Shown here: positions 7,870-15,504 of the stretch, piece by piece
Layout: each line of letters begins with the position of its first letter
Position numbering within the stretch: position 1 is the first letter of the stretch
IMG/VR virus record: IMGVR_UViG_3300032030_000073
Span: 4,086 to 68,085 of that record
Source: a virus
Lineage: Duplodnaviria > Caudoviricetes
DNA: 64,000 nt
Reading direction: 5' to 3' (one strand)
The notes under the pieces: generated by a model
Databases searched by the model: none
What the model saw: only the letters and a program-made list of their open reading frames with translations
Told to the model about the DNA's origin: nothing
Translations under genes and position numbers: made by a program

Positions 7870-8033
7870 TGCAACTCTTGAAATGCAAAGCCGGGCAGCT
7901 CCTGGCGGAGATAGACGGCGGATATTGGATATTCACGCCGAATCACGGAAAACTGTTCTACGGTTGCGACCGCGAGAAAGCCGTCGCCGCGTGGCGGTGG
8001 TATGTCAATCAGGAAATCAGAAAAGGAGAGTGA
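7866..8033 (+). CDS. Hypothetical protein
   Basis: 55 aa from ATG 7866, RBS GGAGGTGG, ATGA overlap. Confidence 0.6.
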   Translation: MMQLLKCKAGQLLAEIDGGYWIFTPNHGKLFYGCDREKAVAAWRWYVNQEIRKGE

Positions 8034-8036
8034 GCC

Positions 8037-8390
8037 ATGTGCAAACTGTTTATCAGACTATCCAGTTGTCCCGCCAAGGACGTGAAATGCGAAGAGCTGG
8101 ACTGGAACAAGGAGCAATCGGAGTTGCCGGAATACAACGCGGCGTTTGGCACGTTGCGAATGTACGAGGACGAGGAGGCCGCGAAGCCGGCCGCAAGCCA
8201 CGCGCTGGACAGGGCGATTGCGGATTGGCAGAAACGGGGCTATGCCCTGCGCTGTGCGCCAAAGACCGTTGACGATGAGCACCACAACTGGCGTCGGATC
8301 GCCCGCGTCGGCAAGCCCGGCAAGCCGTCCGTGTGCCTGCAAGTCGTGATTGACGGGCTGGAGGCAAGTTTTGATCCGTGGATGTACTAA
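8037..8390 (+). CDS. Hypothetical protein
   Basis: 117 aa, RBS AAGGAG. Confidence 0.65.
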   Translation: MCKLFIRLSSCPAKDVKCEELDWNKEQSELPEYNAAFGTLRMYEDEEAAKPAASHALDRAIADWQKRGYALRCAPKTVDDEHHNWRRIARVGKPGKPSVCLQVVIDGLEASFDPWMY

Positions 8391-8417
8391 AACCACAACG
8401 AGAAAGGAACAGACGAA

Positions 8418-8735
8418 ATGAAACTAAACCTAGTTGCGGATTACGTGGTGCCCGGCACGGGCGGAAAGCGGCATGTGGTTACGCTCTGTATTAACGGCAG
8501 CGCCAATTTGATGGGGCTAATCAACATGGCGACGCTGAACTTTCCCACAGATTTGGGAGGGTTTGAGAGGGTCCGCCCCAAAACGCTCACGATGTGCGAA
8601 AGTGGGAAGAAGGCTGAAGCGGTCGCCATGAGTTGGAGAAGCGACTACAAACGCGACGGGCGTTTGTGGGACTATTCGCCGATTGACGAATATCTGGCGT
8701 ACAAAGAAGCGGAAGCGGAAAGCGAGGTGGCATGA
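8418..8735 (+). CDS. Hypothetical protein
   Basis: 105 aa, RBS AAAGGA. Confidence 0.65.
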   Translation: MKLNLVADYVVPGTGGKRHVVTLCINGSANLMGLINMATLNFPTDLGGFERVRPKTLTMCESGKKAEAVAMSWRSDYKRDGRLWDYSPIDEYLAYKEAEAESEVA

Positions 8736-8917
8736 TGAAGAGGGCTGTTTTAGTCTGTTGGACCTCTCGCGGGTATTGCTGTTTGCATTGCGAATATCCG
8801 TCAATCGCGGCGGCTCGTCGCGCAGGGCGCGAAATGGTCGATGATGATTTTGCGTTTTCATTCAAAATCTATCCCGTGAAGGCGGCGAAGGAACAGGAAA
8901 GCGGGACGGCGAAATGA
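8732..8917 (+). CDS. Hypothetical protein
   Basis: 61 aa, ATGA coupling. Confidence 0.6.
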   Translation: MMKRAVLVCWTSRGYCCLHCEYPSIAAARRAGREMVDDDFAFSFKIYPVKAAKEQESGTAK

Positions 8918-9102
8918 TAGCAGATAAATGCTTTTGCACCGGCATACACTGGGTTATCTACGAAAACGGTTACGCCGGATTCAACTGGTATCACAACGAA
9001 ATCGAGGCGCGCAACATGCTAAACCGTTTGCGCCAAAATCCGAAAAACGGGAAACTGACGCTGTGCAGGGTGGAAATGAAGGTTGAGGAGGTGGCGAAAT
9101 GA
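8914..9102 (+). CDS. Hypothetical protein
   Basis: 62 aa, ATGA coupling. Confidence 0.6.
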   Translation: MIADKCFCTGIHWVIYENGYAGFNWYHNEIEARNMLNRLRQNPKNGKLTLCRVEMKVEEVAK

Positions 9103-9272
9103 TGGATAGCGCAATCATCGAAGTATGGGACGATGACGACACGGGCGAGTTGATAACCTTGGGGCGCAACGAGGAGGGCGCATTGTGTGCTGACTGTTCG
9201 CGCTGCGCCTATTGCGGGCGTTCCGTCGTGTATCAGTGCGCCGGATTCCGGCGGAAGGAGGTGACGAAATGA
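9099..9272 (+). CDS. Small Cys-rich protein (57 aa)
   Basis: MMDSAIIEVW...CADCSRCAYC...; GGAGGTGG RBS and ATGA coupling at both ends. Confidence 0.55.
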   Translation: MMDSAIIEVWDDDDTGELITLGRNEEGALCADCSRCAYCGRSVVYQCAGFRRKEVTK

Positions 9273-9436
9273 CGGCAGATGAGTATTTCAACATCGCCCT
9301 TCCAACGCGCGAGAACTTCCGCAGCTGGACGCAATCGCTCTTTGCGCGGGTCGATGCGCTAAACGCGCGGCTCGTTCAGAAGTACCCGCACCTGTTCAAA
9401 ACGAAATCGGCGGACGAGTTGCCGCTTGAAATCTGA
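9269..9436 (+). CDS. Hypothetical protein
   Basis: 55 aa, RBS GGAGGTG. Confidence 0.6.
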   Translation: MTADEYFNIALPTRENFRSWTQSLFARVDALNARLVQKYPHLFKTKSADELPLEI

Positions 9437-9448
9437 AAGGGAAACGCC

Positions 9449-9598
9449 ATGAAAAAACTGTACTACGTCCATACTCACCTCGGCAGGTTCGAGACGTGGG
9501 CCATCAGCGCGACGAAGGCGATTGCCAATATCCGCTTCCGCCTGTTCGGAGGCCGTTGCGGCGTGTCCACGGCCTATTGGAAGGCGGTGGAAGCATGA
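9449..9598 (+). CDS. Hypothetical protein (49 aa)
   Basis: MKKLYYVHTHLGRFETWAISATKAIANIRFRL..., RBS AAAGGG, ATGA coupling. Confidence 0.55.
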   Translation: MKKLYYVHTHLGRFETWAISATKAIANIRFRLFGGRCGVSTAYWKAVEA

Positions 9599-10023
9599 AC
9601 ATGAGGGAACAACTGGAAACCATCCGCGAGGCGTATGACCACGCGATGCGCGCGCAGGGGCTTTACAACGCCTACCGTAAGGCCGCAGGCGTGAACGGCA
9701 CGGCGACGCCGGAGCTTCCGTTCGCGCCGATCCTCGTTGCGCTAACGCACACGGCGGAGGACATCGACCGCAGGATCGCGGAACGCCGCGCCCGGTTCGA
9801 CGCCGCGCCGGTGCTTCAGGCGACGCTGCGCTTCCGCGACGGCACGACGCGCCGCGTGGCCGTGAGCAAGCCGACGGACGAGATCGACGAGCCGCATATA
9901 GGCGAGATGTTCCACGCCGCGCTCGTTAAGCAGGGCGTGGCCGCGTCGTGCGAGGCGTGGCCCGTGCTGGTCGTGGACAGGCGCGGGCGCGTGGCGGGGG
10001 AAATCCCGCATGAATCTAAATAG
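9595..10023 (+). CDS. Hypothetical protein
   Basis: 142 aa from ATG 9595. Confidence 0.65.
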   Translation: MNMREQLETIREAYDHAMRAQGLYNAYRKAAGVNGTATPELPFAPILVALTHTAEDIDRRIAERRARFDAAPVLQATLRFRDGTTRRVAVSKPTDEIDEPHIGEMFHAALVKQGVAASCEAWPVLVVDRRGRVAGEIPHESK

Positions 10024-10036
10024 CCTATTCGCGCAA

Positions 10037-10065
10037 TAGACAAACGGCGGCGGGCGTGGTATAAT
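10037..10065 (+). promoter_or_regulatory. Sigma70-type promoter
   Basis: TAGACA-17 nt-TATAAT with extended TG. Confidence 0.8.
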
Positions 10066-10080
10066 GCCCGCCGCTTTTTT
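10047..10080 (+). terminator. Intrinsic terminator overlapping the promoter
   Basis: GCGGCGGGC/GCCCGCCGC 9-bp stem followed by T6; the loop is GTGGTATAAT. Confidence 0.75.
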
Positions 10081-10101
10081 AACCAAGGAGACCGAAAGAC
10101 G

Positions 10102-10413
10102 ATGAAATCCCAAAAGCCGAAGCTGACCCCGGAGGAATTGAGCCGCATCCGATCTGAGGCGGGACGGAGAGGCGCGCAGGTCACGCGCGAGCGCGGGCAC
10201 TTCCGGGGCGGACGCCCGAAGGGATCGCCAAACAAGGATCCGGGCGTCCCATCGCGGACGCTGACCGTGCGCCAGTCCGACTACAACGTTTTCGTGCGCT
10301 GCGCGAACGCCGCCGACAAGCCCATTGTCTCGTTCATGCACGACGTGGCGGAAAGTCTGAAGAAGAAGAACCCCGCGATCTTCGCGCCGGACGCGCAGAC
10401 GGTGAGGATGTGA
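10102..10413 (+). CDS. Putative ribbon-helix-helix DNA-binding protein with basic GRP-rich N-terminus
   Basis: GGRPKGSPNK followed by beta-strand RTLTVR and two helices (SDYNVFVRCA, IVSFMHDVAESL). Confidence 0.5.
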   Translation: MKSQKPKLTPEELSRIRSEAGRRGAQVTRERGHFRGGRPKGSPNKDPGVPSRTLTVRQSDYNVFVRCANAADKPIVSFMHDVAESLKKKNPAIFAPDAQTVRM

Positions 10414-10437
10414 GCGGAATTTTCCAACAATGCCCCC

Positions 10438-10466
10438 TTGACCCGCGCGGCGGGGCGTGGTACAAT
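10438..10466 (+). promoter_or_regulatory. Sigma70-type promoter
   Basis: TTGACC-17 nt-TACAAT with extended TG. Confidence 0.82.
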
Positions 10467-10485
10467 GTACGCCGTTTTCGGACAA

Positions 10486-10620
10486 CAGGAAGTAGAACGC
10501 CTGCCGAGAACCGAATCGCGGAATCCCTAAACCACGATTGCCCGCCCGAACGGGTCTGTGCGTCCGCGCACACGTTCTACCCCGTTCGGCGCGGGTTTTA
10601 TCATGCGAATGGAAGTAGAA
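10486..10620 (+). ncRNA. Structured leader / antisense-RNA switch, copy 2
   Basis: Hairpin CAGG-AAGTAGAACG-CCTG; stem CCGAACGGGT/ACCCGTTCGG (10546-10555/10579-10588) with inner TGTGCG-TCCG-CGCACA hairpin and CGTTCTAC; GGAAGTAGAAC repeated before ATG 10624. Confidence 0.68.
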
Positions 10621-10623
10621 CCC

Positions 10624-10962
10624 ATGAGCAACAGAGAAAAGACGGCGGGAGAGACCGCAAATGCAAGCGCGGCGGGTGCCGCGAAGTTCACAGGAACCGG
10701 CTACATCGCGCGGATCGGCATCGACCGGGAAGGCAACTACTGGCTGGCGGACGACGGTAAGGGCATGCTTTCGAGGGAGCTTGTCAATCAAGATGGGACG
10801 CACGAAATAACGCCAGACATCTGCAAATGTCTGTTTTCGTCGCCGTTCGAAGCGTTGCGTGCCGCTTTCAACACGCGAAATGACTGCTTGATGAACATGT
10901 TCCCGAGGGTCGTGGCAGTTCGGATTGAGGCTACCGTCGTCAAGGAGGTGCGCTATGTCTAA
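10624..10962 (+). CDS. Hypothetical protein (TAGETA N-terminus; paralog of next ORF)
   Basis: 112 aa from ATG 10624. Confidence 0.65.
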   Translation: MSNREKTAGETANASAAGAAKFTGTGYIARIGIDREGNYWLADDGKGMLSRELVNQDGTHEITPDICKCLFSSPFEALRAAFNTRNDCLMNMFPRVVAVRIEATVVKEVRYV

Positions 10963-11371
10963 GGTCGCGAAGGACAGAGAGGCGCGCGCGGCGGGTGCCG
11001 CACACAACAGGTTCACCGAGGACGGCGACCTCATCTACAGGCCGACGGCGTATCCGTTCGAGGTAGTCGAAGGCTCCGGCTACGTCGTGCAGACGCGGTT
11101 GTTCACGGATGAGGCAGGCGTAATCAATACGTCATTCCTCACGGAGGACGGCGGCGAGGCGCTTTTCTCCGATCAAGTACGAATATTCGACGACGCGAAA
11201 AGCGCGGCGAAGGCCGCCGCGAAGGTCAAGGACTACCCGGAGGAGCAGGAGGACGGGAACTTCTACCCGCGCGTCCTGAAGGTGCGGCTGTCGTGGATCG
11301 TGGAGGGCGTGGCGTTCGAGAGCGTCGTGCGCGACATCGAGGGCGGCGCGAAGGTAAAGGGGGTGGCGTGA
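10955..11371 (+). CDS. Hypothetical protein (paralog of previous ORF)
   Basis: 138 aa, RBS GGAGGTG. Confidence 0.7.
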   Translation: MSKVAKDREARAAGAAHNRFTEDGDLIYRPTAYPFEVVEGSGYVVQTRLFTDEAGVINTSFLTEDGGEALFSDQVRIFDDAKSAAKAAAKVKDYPEEQEDGNFYPRVLKVRLSWIVEGVAFESVVRDIEGGAKVKGVA

Positions 11372-12270
11372 TGAACGACATCGTATGCTACCCCGGCAAC
11401 GCGCAGGTTCAGGTCAAATTCGACGGCGAGACCGTCTGGCTTACGCAAAGGCAAATGGCAGAGTTGTTCGGATGCGATACCGACAACATTGGTCTACATC
11501 TGAAAAACATCTACAATGACGGAGAAATTGACAAGAACTCAACTACCGAGGAATCCTCGGTAGTTCAAACCGAGGGCCAGCGCACGGTCACGCGGACTGT
11601 GACGCACTACAATCTCGACGCGATAATCTCCGTGGGCTACCGCGTCAACTCCAAGCGCGGCGTCCAGTTCCGGCAGTGGGCGACGAAGGTTCTGAAGGAG
11701 CGGCTTTTGCAGAACTACGTGCCGAAGTCCGCCGCCGCGCAGTCGCGCCCCTACGGCTACCACCTTCCGGCCAATGCGCAGGAGACCGTGCGGCGCGTCC
11801 TCGCGGACAACATCAACCGCGTACTGTCCGAGAACGGCGTGGAGGGCGCGGAGTCCGTGTTCGTCTGGTCGAGCGTGGCGCGGGAGTGGTTGCGCGGCAC
11901 GTGCATATCCGTCCACGCCGTCCAGACGATGGCGCGCGACGGCAATCTGGACTTCGTGCTGCCTCAGAAGGAGCGGTTCCCGACGTGGGACAAGAAACTG
12001 CGCGGGCGCGGCGTGTTCTGCGTGGGATCCCGCGTCGCGCGTGAGCGCATCCAATCCGGGCTGCACGTCTATGAGACTTACATCATCGGGCGCGACAGCG
12101 ACGGGCGCGTTGGGTGCCTGCGGTTCGAGACGCGCCCGGCGGTGGCGGCGGTTTCGTCTGTTCCAAAGGACGCCCCCGCGAAGATCCCGAAGCGCGTCAC
12201 GGAGTTCACGGCTCGGCTCGGCAGGGCGCGCGCCGCGCAGGTCGGATTCCTTCGCGGTTCGGACGTGTAG
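11371..12270 (+). CDS. RhuM-family DNA-binding domain fused to an unknown C-terminal domain (antirepressor-like)
   Basis: ETVWLTQRQMAELF, HLKNIY, YNLDAIISVGYRVNSKRGVQFRQWAT are RhuM-family motifs; 299 aa. Confidence 0.85.
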   Translation: MNDIVCYPGNAQVQVKFDGETVWLTQRQMAELFGCDTDNIGLHLKNIYNDGEIDKNSTTEESSVVQTEGQRTVTRTVTHYNLDAIISVGYRVNSKRGVQFRQWATKVLKERLLQNYVPKSAAAQSRPYGYHLPANAQETVRRVLADNINRVLSENGVEGAESVFVWSSVAREWLRGTCISVHAVQTMARDGNLDFVLPQKERFPTWDKKLRGRGVFCVGSRVARERIQSGLHVYETYIIGRDSDGRVGCLRFETRPAVAAVSSVPKDAPAKIPKRVTEFTARLGRARAAQVGFLRGSDV

Positions 12271-12293
12271 GCGGCGGGGCTGCACGAAACGTA

Positions 12294-12337
12294 AACGCGG
12301 ACGTGGACAGGTAACACCCTTTGTCCGCGTCCGCGTT
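12294..12337. terminator. Probable bidirectional terminator between convergent units
   Basis: AACGCGGACG-T-GGACA / TGTCC-G-CGTCCGCGTT hairpin, flanked by TAAA and GTTT. Confidence 0.6.
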
Positions 12338-12354
12338 GTTTATGCCGCTATCCT

Positions 12355-12894
12355 CTAGGCCGTCCTCTTGTTCAGCTCCGCAAGACACTTGGCGCTCAGT
12401 TCGTCAACCATCTTGCGGAGTTGTGGCGAAAGGCCCGCGTATGCGGCCTCTTGCCTGCGCCGTTCCGCTTCTTTTGCCTTTTGCGCCATGCCATTTTTCG
12501 CCGCGATTGCATCGTCGAGGATCATCCCGCGCAACTGCGCGGACTTCGCCGCCACTTCCGCCTGCGGCGATCTGAGCTGCGCCTCAAGCTGGCGGCATCT
12601 CTCTTCCGCCTTGTACTGGTCGTGCCTTGCGTACAGGCTGCGCCCGTACATGAGCAGGGACAGTACGGCGAAAAACGTGATGAAGAATGTTGCTGTCATC
12701 ATGGTGGCTCCTGGATTTTCTGAAATCAGACACCGCATATTATGCCACAATTCGTTCGTCTTGGCTAGTGCCGATGTTGCGCCGCCGCTCGCGGCGACAA
12801 CCGAAAGCGCAGTCCACAACGCGCGGTTGCAGGCGAAGAACGCCGCGCTTTTCGCGTAGTCCGCAAGAAGGGTCTTGAGTTTCGCAAAGGTCAT
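12355..12894 (-). CDS. Membrane protein with two hydrophobic segments and a coiled-coil tail, in the repressor operon
   Basis: 179 aa, RBS AAAGGAG; TM-like ALWTALSVVAASG and MMTATFFITFFAVLSLLMYG. Confidence 0.7.
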   Translation of the reverse strand: MTFAKLKTLLADYAKSAAFFACNRALWTALSVVAASGGATSALAKTNELWHNMRCLISENPGATMMTATFFITFFAVLSLLMYGRSLYARHDQYKAEERCRQLEAQLRSPQAEVAAKSAQLRGMILDDAIAAKNGMAQKAKEAERRRQEAAYAGLSPQLRKMVDELSAKCLAELNKRTA

Positions 12895-12919
12895 TTGTTT
12901 TCTCCTTTGGGTTGGTTGT

Positions 12920-13267
12920 TTACTTTGTCGCTTCGTTGAACTTCGAGATTGAGGCTAAGAGGTTGTTGATCGAAATCGTGGCGCGGTCTGCGCTTGTCTT
13001 CAGGTCGGCGATGCGCTTGTTCACGGAGCTCGTCATTTGCTGTTCCTCCGCAACAAATGTTGTCGGCAGCCCAAGCACCCAGTCCGCTGAAACGTGGAAG
13101 TGAGAGCAGACGTTGAACACGAATTCCAGCGACGGCTTGCGTTCGCCACGCATATACAGATCAACGGTCTGCGGCGTCATTCCGAGCAACCTTCCAAATT
13201 CAAAGTTTGAAAGGTCGTTTTGGAGCGTTTTGATACGCCCGATAACATTTGATAAGTTTTTTAACAT
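12920..13267 (-). CDS. XRE-family (CI-like) phage repressor
   Basis: LSNFEFGRLLGMTPQTVDLYMRGERKPSLE HTH and HFHVSADWVLG; divergent from a Cro-like gene. Confidence 0.88.
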   Translation of the reverse strand: MLKNLSNVIGRIKTLQNDLSNFEFGRLLGMTPQTVDLYMRGERKPSLEFVFNVCSHFHVSADWVLGLPTTFVAEEQQMTSSVNKRIADLKTSADRATISINNLLASISKFNEATK

Positions 13268-13273
13268 TTGCTA

Positions 13274-13302
13274 TTGCCTCCGCTAACAATTGTTGGTATA
13301 CT
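13274..13302 (+). promoter_or_regulatory. PR-like promoter with palindromic operator in the spacer
   Basis: TTGCCT-17 nt-TATACT; AACAATTGTT palindrome at 13285-13294. Confidence 0.75.
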
Positions 13303-13357
13303 ATCCACCGCTCCCCACAAAAGGGAGTAGCGGAAGTATAACAAAACGGACTAACCA

Positions 13358-13660
13358 ATGCTAGACAAAAACAGAGGCGGGCGAGCGCCCGAAGCGAAAA
13401 CGCGGGGCAAGCCCGTGAACATGAAGAGCCGAATCTGGCGCAAGGGCGTGAAGATCGACCGCCGCCGGAAGCCACAGTGCGTCGCCGTCCGCGTGGGCGG
13501 CAAGGTGCGCGTGATCGGGCAGTCCGCCGCCGCGAAGTGGCTTGGCATGAGCCGCTGCACGCTCGTCGCCGCCGTCGCGGGGCGCAAGGACATCGCCGCC
13601 GAGACCGTCGCGCTCGTCCGCAGGGAGTACCCGGGGCTTTTCAAGGAGGAGGCGAAATGA
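13358..13660 (+). CDS. Cro-like HTH protein
   Basis: QSAAAKWLGMSRCTLVAAVAG HTH-like segment; first gene divergent from the repressor. Confidence 0.6.
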   Translation: MLDKNRGGRAPEAKTRGKPVNMKSRIWRKGVKIDRRRKPQCVAVRVGGKVRVIGQSAAAKWLGMSRCTLVAAVAGRKDIAAETVALVRREYPGLFKEEAK

Positions 13661-13869
13661 GCGATCCAATGAGTGATTTTGTCCAAGATGCCGTTAGGGC
13701 AATGCTGACCATGTTTCGGGAGGCACCAGACGAATCGTATAAAACTGCCGTGCGTGACTGCATTCATGCTTGCGACTACACTGTGTTAATGTGCGAGAAC
13801 GGCGAAGAAGTTGCAGTGCCGTTAAACAGCATACTCACATCTTACGGAAAGGATAAGGAGGCGAAATGA
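13657..13869 (+). CDS. Hypothetical protein
   Basis: 70 aa, flanked by 17-bp direct repeats. Confidence 0.6.
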   Translation: MSDPMSDFVQDAVRAMLTMFREAPDESYKTAVRDCIHACDYTVLMCENGEEVAVPLNSILTSYGKDKEAK

Positions 13870-14078
13870 GCGACACGCAGGAACGGCTTGACGAGATCGC
13901 GGATGCGATAGCGCAGATAAAATCCGCCGCCGAAAACGCCTCTCGCGCCTTGGGCGACGACACGCAGAAGCATGTCATGGCCCTGAATCTCGGAATGATC
14001 CTCGGCCTCGCCGTCCGCGCGGAAGGAATCGTGAAGGACGCGAAAAGGTCTGCAAGTGTAATAACAAGCGGTTGCTGA
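13866..14078 (+). CDS. Hypothetical protein
   Basis: 70 aa, ATGA coupling. Confidence 0.6.
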   Translation: MSDTQERLDEIADAIAQIKSAAENASRALGDDTQKHVMALNLGMILGLAVRAEGIVKDAKRSASVITSGC

Positions 14079-14097
14079 AAAACGAAAGGAACGACAA

Positions 14098-14502
14098 ATG
14101 ATAACGTCTGCGCAGATGTACTGGCTGACAAGGCTCGACGGAATAAGTTGCATCATAATGACTTGTACCATATTACTTTGTATTGCATATGGTACTGGAT
14201 TGTTTTTTGGTTTAGTCAGATATCTTGACAATTTTCATTATGGTCCAGACGATAAAGACCTGAAAGCAGCAAAGTCGATGTTGCGATTCATTGCCAAGTA
14301 TTCTTTCGTCCCGATTGCCGGAATAGTCTTATCGTGCCTCGTCCCAACCACGCGCGAAATGGCGGCGATCCTCATCATCCCGCGCATCGCCAACTCCGAG
14401 AAGGTGCAGCAGGCCGGAAACAAGCTTTACGATCTCGCCGTCGAATGGATGGACGAGCTGAAGCCCAGCAAAAACAACAACAAAAAAGGAACAGACAAAT
14501 GA
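14098..14502 (+). CDS. Phage membrane protein
   Basis: 134 aa, YWLTRLD...LVPTTREMAAILIIP, 2-3 hydrophobic segments. Confidence 0.7.
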   Translation: MITSAQMYWLTRLDGISCIIMTCTILLCIAYGTGLFFGLVRYLDNFHYGPDDKDLKAAKSMLRFIAKYSFVPIAGIVLSCLVPTTREMAAILIIPRIANSEKVQQAGNKLYDLAVEWMDELKPSKNNNKKGTDK

Positions 14503-14924
14503 TGACGAACGAAGAGAAGCACCCGAAGACCGAGGACGCGCTCGCCGCGTTCAAAAAGCACAAGGAAGAGTGCAAGTGCGATTGCGCCTTCGACAAGTGG
14601 CTGAAGATGCCGTGCGATGATGACATAAAGAAGGCAATCAAGGAAATGCCCAAAGGATTCGGCATGGCATTGGCGGGGATTCTGGCTGGAACGCTAGTCG
14701 CAGATGCCCTCGAAAAGGGACTTGCGGACACGCCGAAGACCGTTGCCGACGAGAATTCCGACATCGAATGCCCGCTGTGCCACAAGAAGAACGGGGAGAT
14801 CGGCGGTGTTTTTACCCCTGTCTTCAAATGCCCTGACTGCGGAGCGATAATAAGTCGCAAGGAAATCGAAGACGAGGACGAGTTCGTCAAGTGGTTCTCG
14901 CAGTTCAACAAGAAGCAGGACTAG
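14499..14924 (+). CDS. Zn-ribbon-containing protein
   Basis: 141 aa, CPLC...CPDC. Confidence 0.65.
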   Translation: MMTNEEKHPKTEDALAAFKKHKEECKCDCAFDKWLKMPCDDDIKKAIKEMPKGFGMALAGILAGTLVADALEKGLADTPKTVADENSDIECPLCHKKNGEIGGVFTPVFKCPDCGAIISRKEIEDEDEFVKWFSQFNKKQD

Positions 14925-14926
14925 CC

Positions 14927-14965
14927 ATGGCCAACTATCTCAAGCGGAAATTCGCCTGCTTATGA
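14927..14965 (+). pseudogene. 12-codon remnant of the excisionase-like gene start
   Basis: MANYLKRKFACL* versus MANYLKRSFVCDML at 15505. Confidence 0.6.
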
Positions 14966-15084
14966 TTTCGGAAAAGTTCATGCCCACTCCGGAAAAGTAC
15001 CACCATGCCTGACCGACAGCATGTAAAACTAGGACAAGCGGTGACACATCGGAGAGACGATGGCAAATTTCGAGGAAAACGCGA

Positions 15085-15486
15085 ATGGAACACATGAGCA
15101 AGTACGCCCGCAAGGTTGCCGCGCGCCGAGAGGAATCTGCAACCCGCGACCGCACCCTTGCGGCAATCGACTTCGCGCTCCGTCTGACGGAGGGCCGGGT
15201 GGTTGTCAAGCCGAAGGCCAACAAGCCCAAGCAGCCGCCGCCGGAACCGCGCGGGGCGATTGCAGACCTCCACGGGCTGCCGGAACAATGCTCCATGCTC
15301 CTGCGCAACGCGGCATCGCAGCTCCGCACCGCGCTGAAACTCGCCTACGAAATCCAGGATGAGGCCAAGAAGGGGCGACAGGCGGGGGAGGCTTACGCGG
15401 TGGTTGGCATCATCGGCCAACTGCCCGACAAGATCGAATATGCGGCGACCCGCGTTGCCGCGATACCGAACAAGAGGAACGGTTGA
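15085..15486 (+). CDS. Hypothetical protein
   Basis: 133 aa. Confidence 0.55.
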   Translation: MEHMSKYARKVAARREESATRDRTLAAIDFALRLTEGRVVVKPKANKPKQPPPEPRGAIADLHGLPEQCSMLLRNAASQLRTALKLAYEIQDEAKKGRQAGEAYAVVGIIGQLPDKIEYAATRVAAIPNKRNG

Positions 15487-15504
15487 ACCGCAAACGAGGT
15501 AACT

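Noticed and set aside
9742-11034. 430-aa minus-strand ORF
   Set aside because: Runs antisense across three plus-strand genes, two promoters and the RNA leader; no RBS or motifs
13332-13342. GGAAGTATAAC as a third target of RNA switch 2
   Set aside because: One mismatch falls in the invariant TAGAA core and there is no accompanying hairpin or bulge; may be chance or a -10-like element
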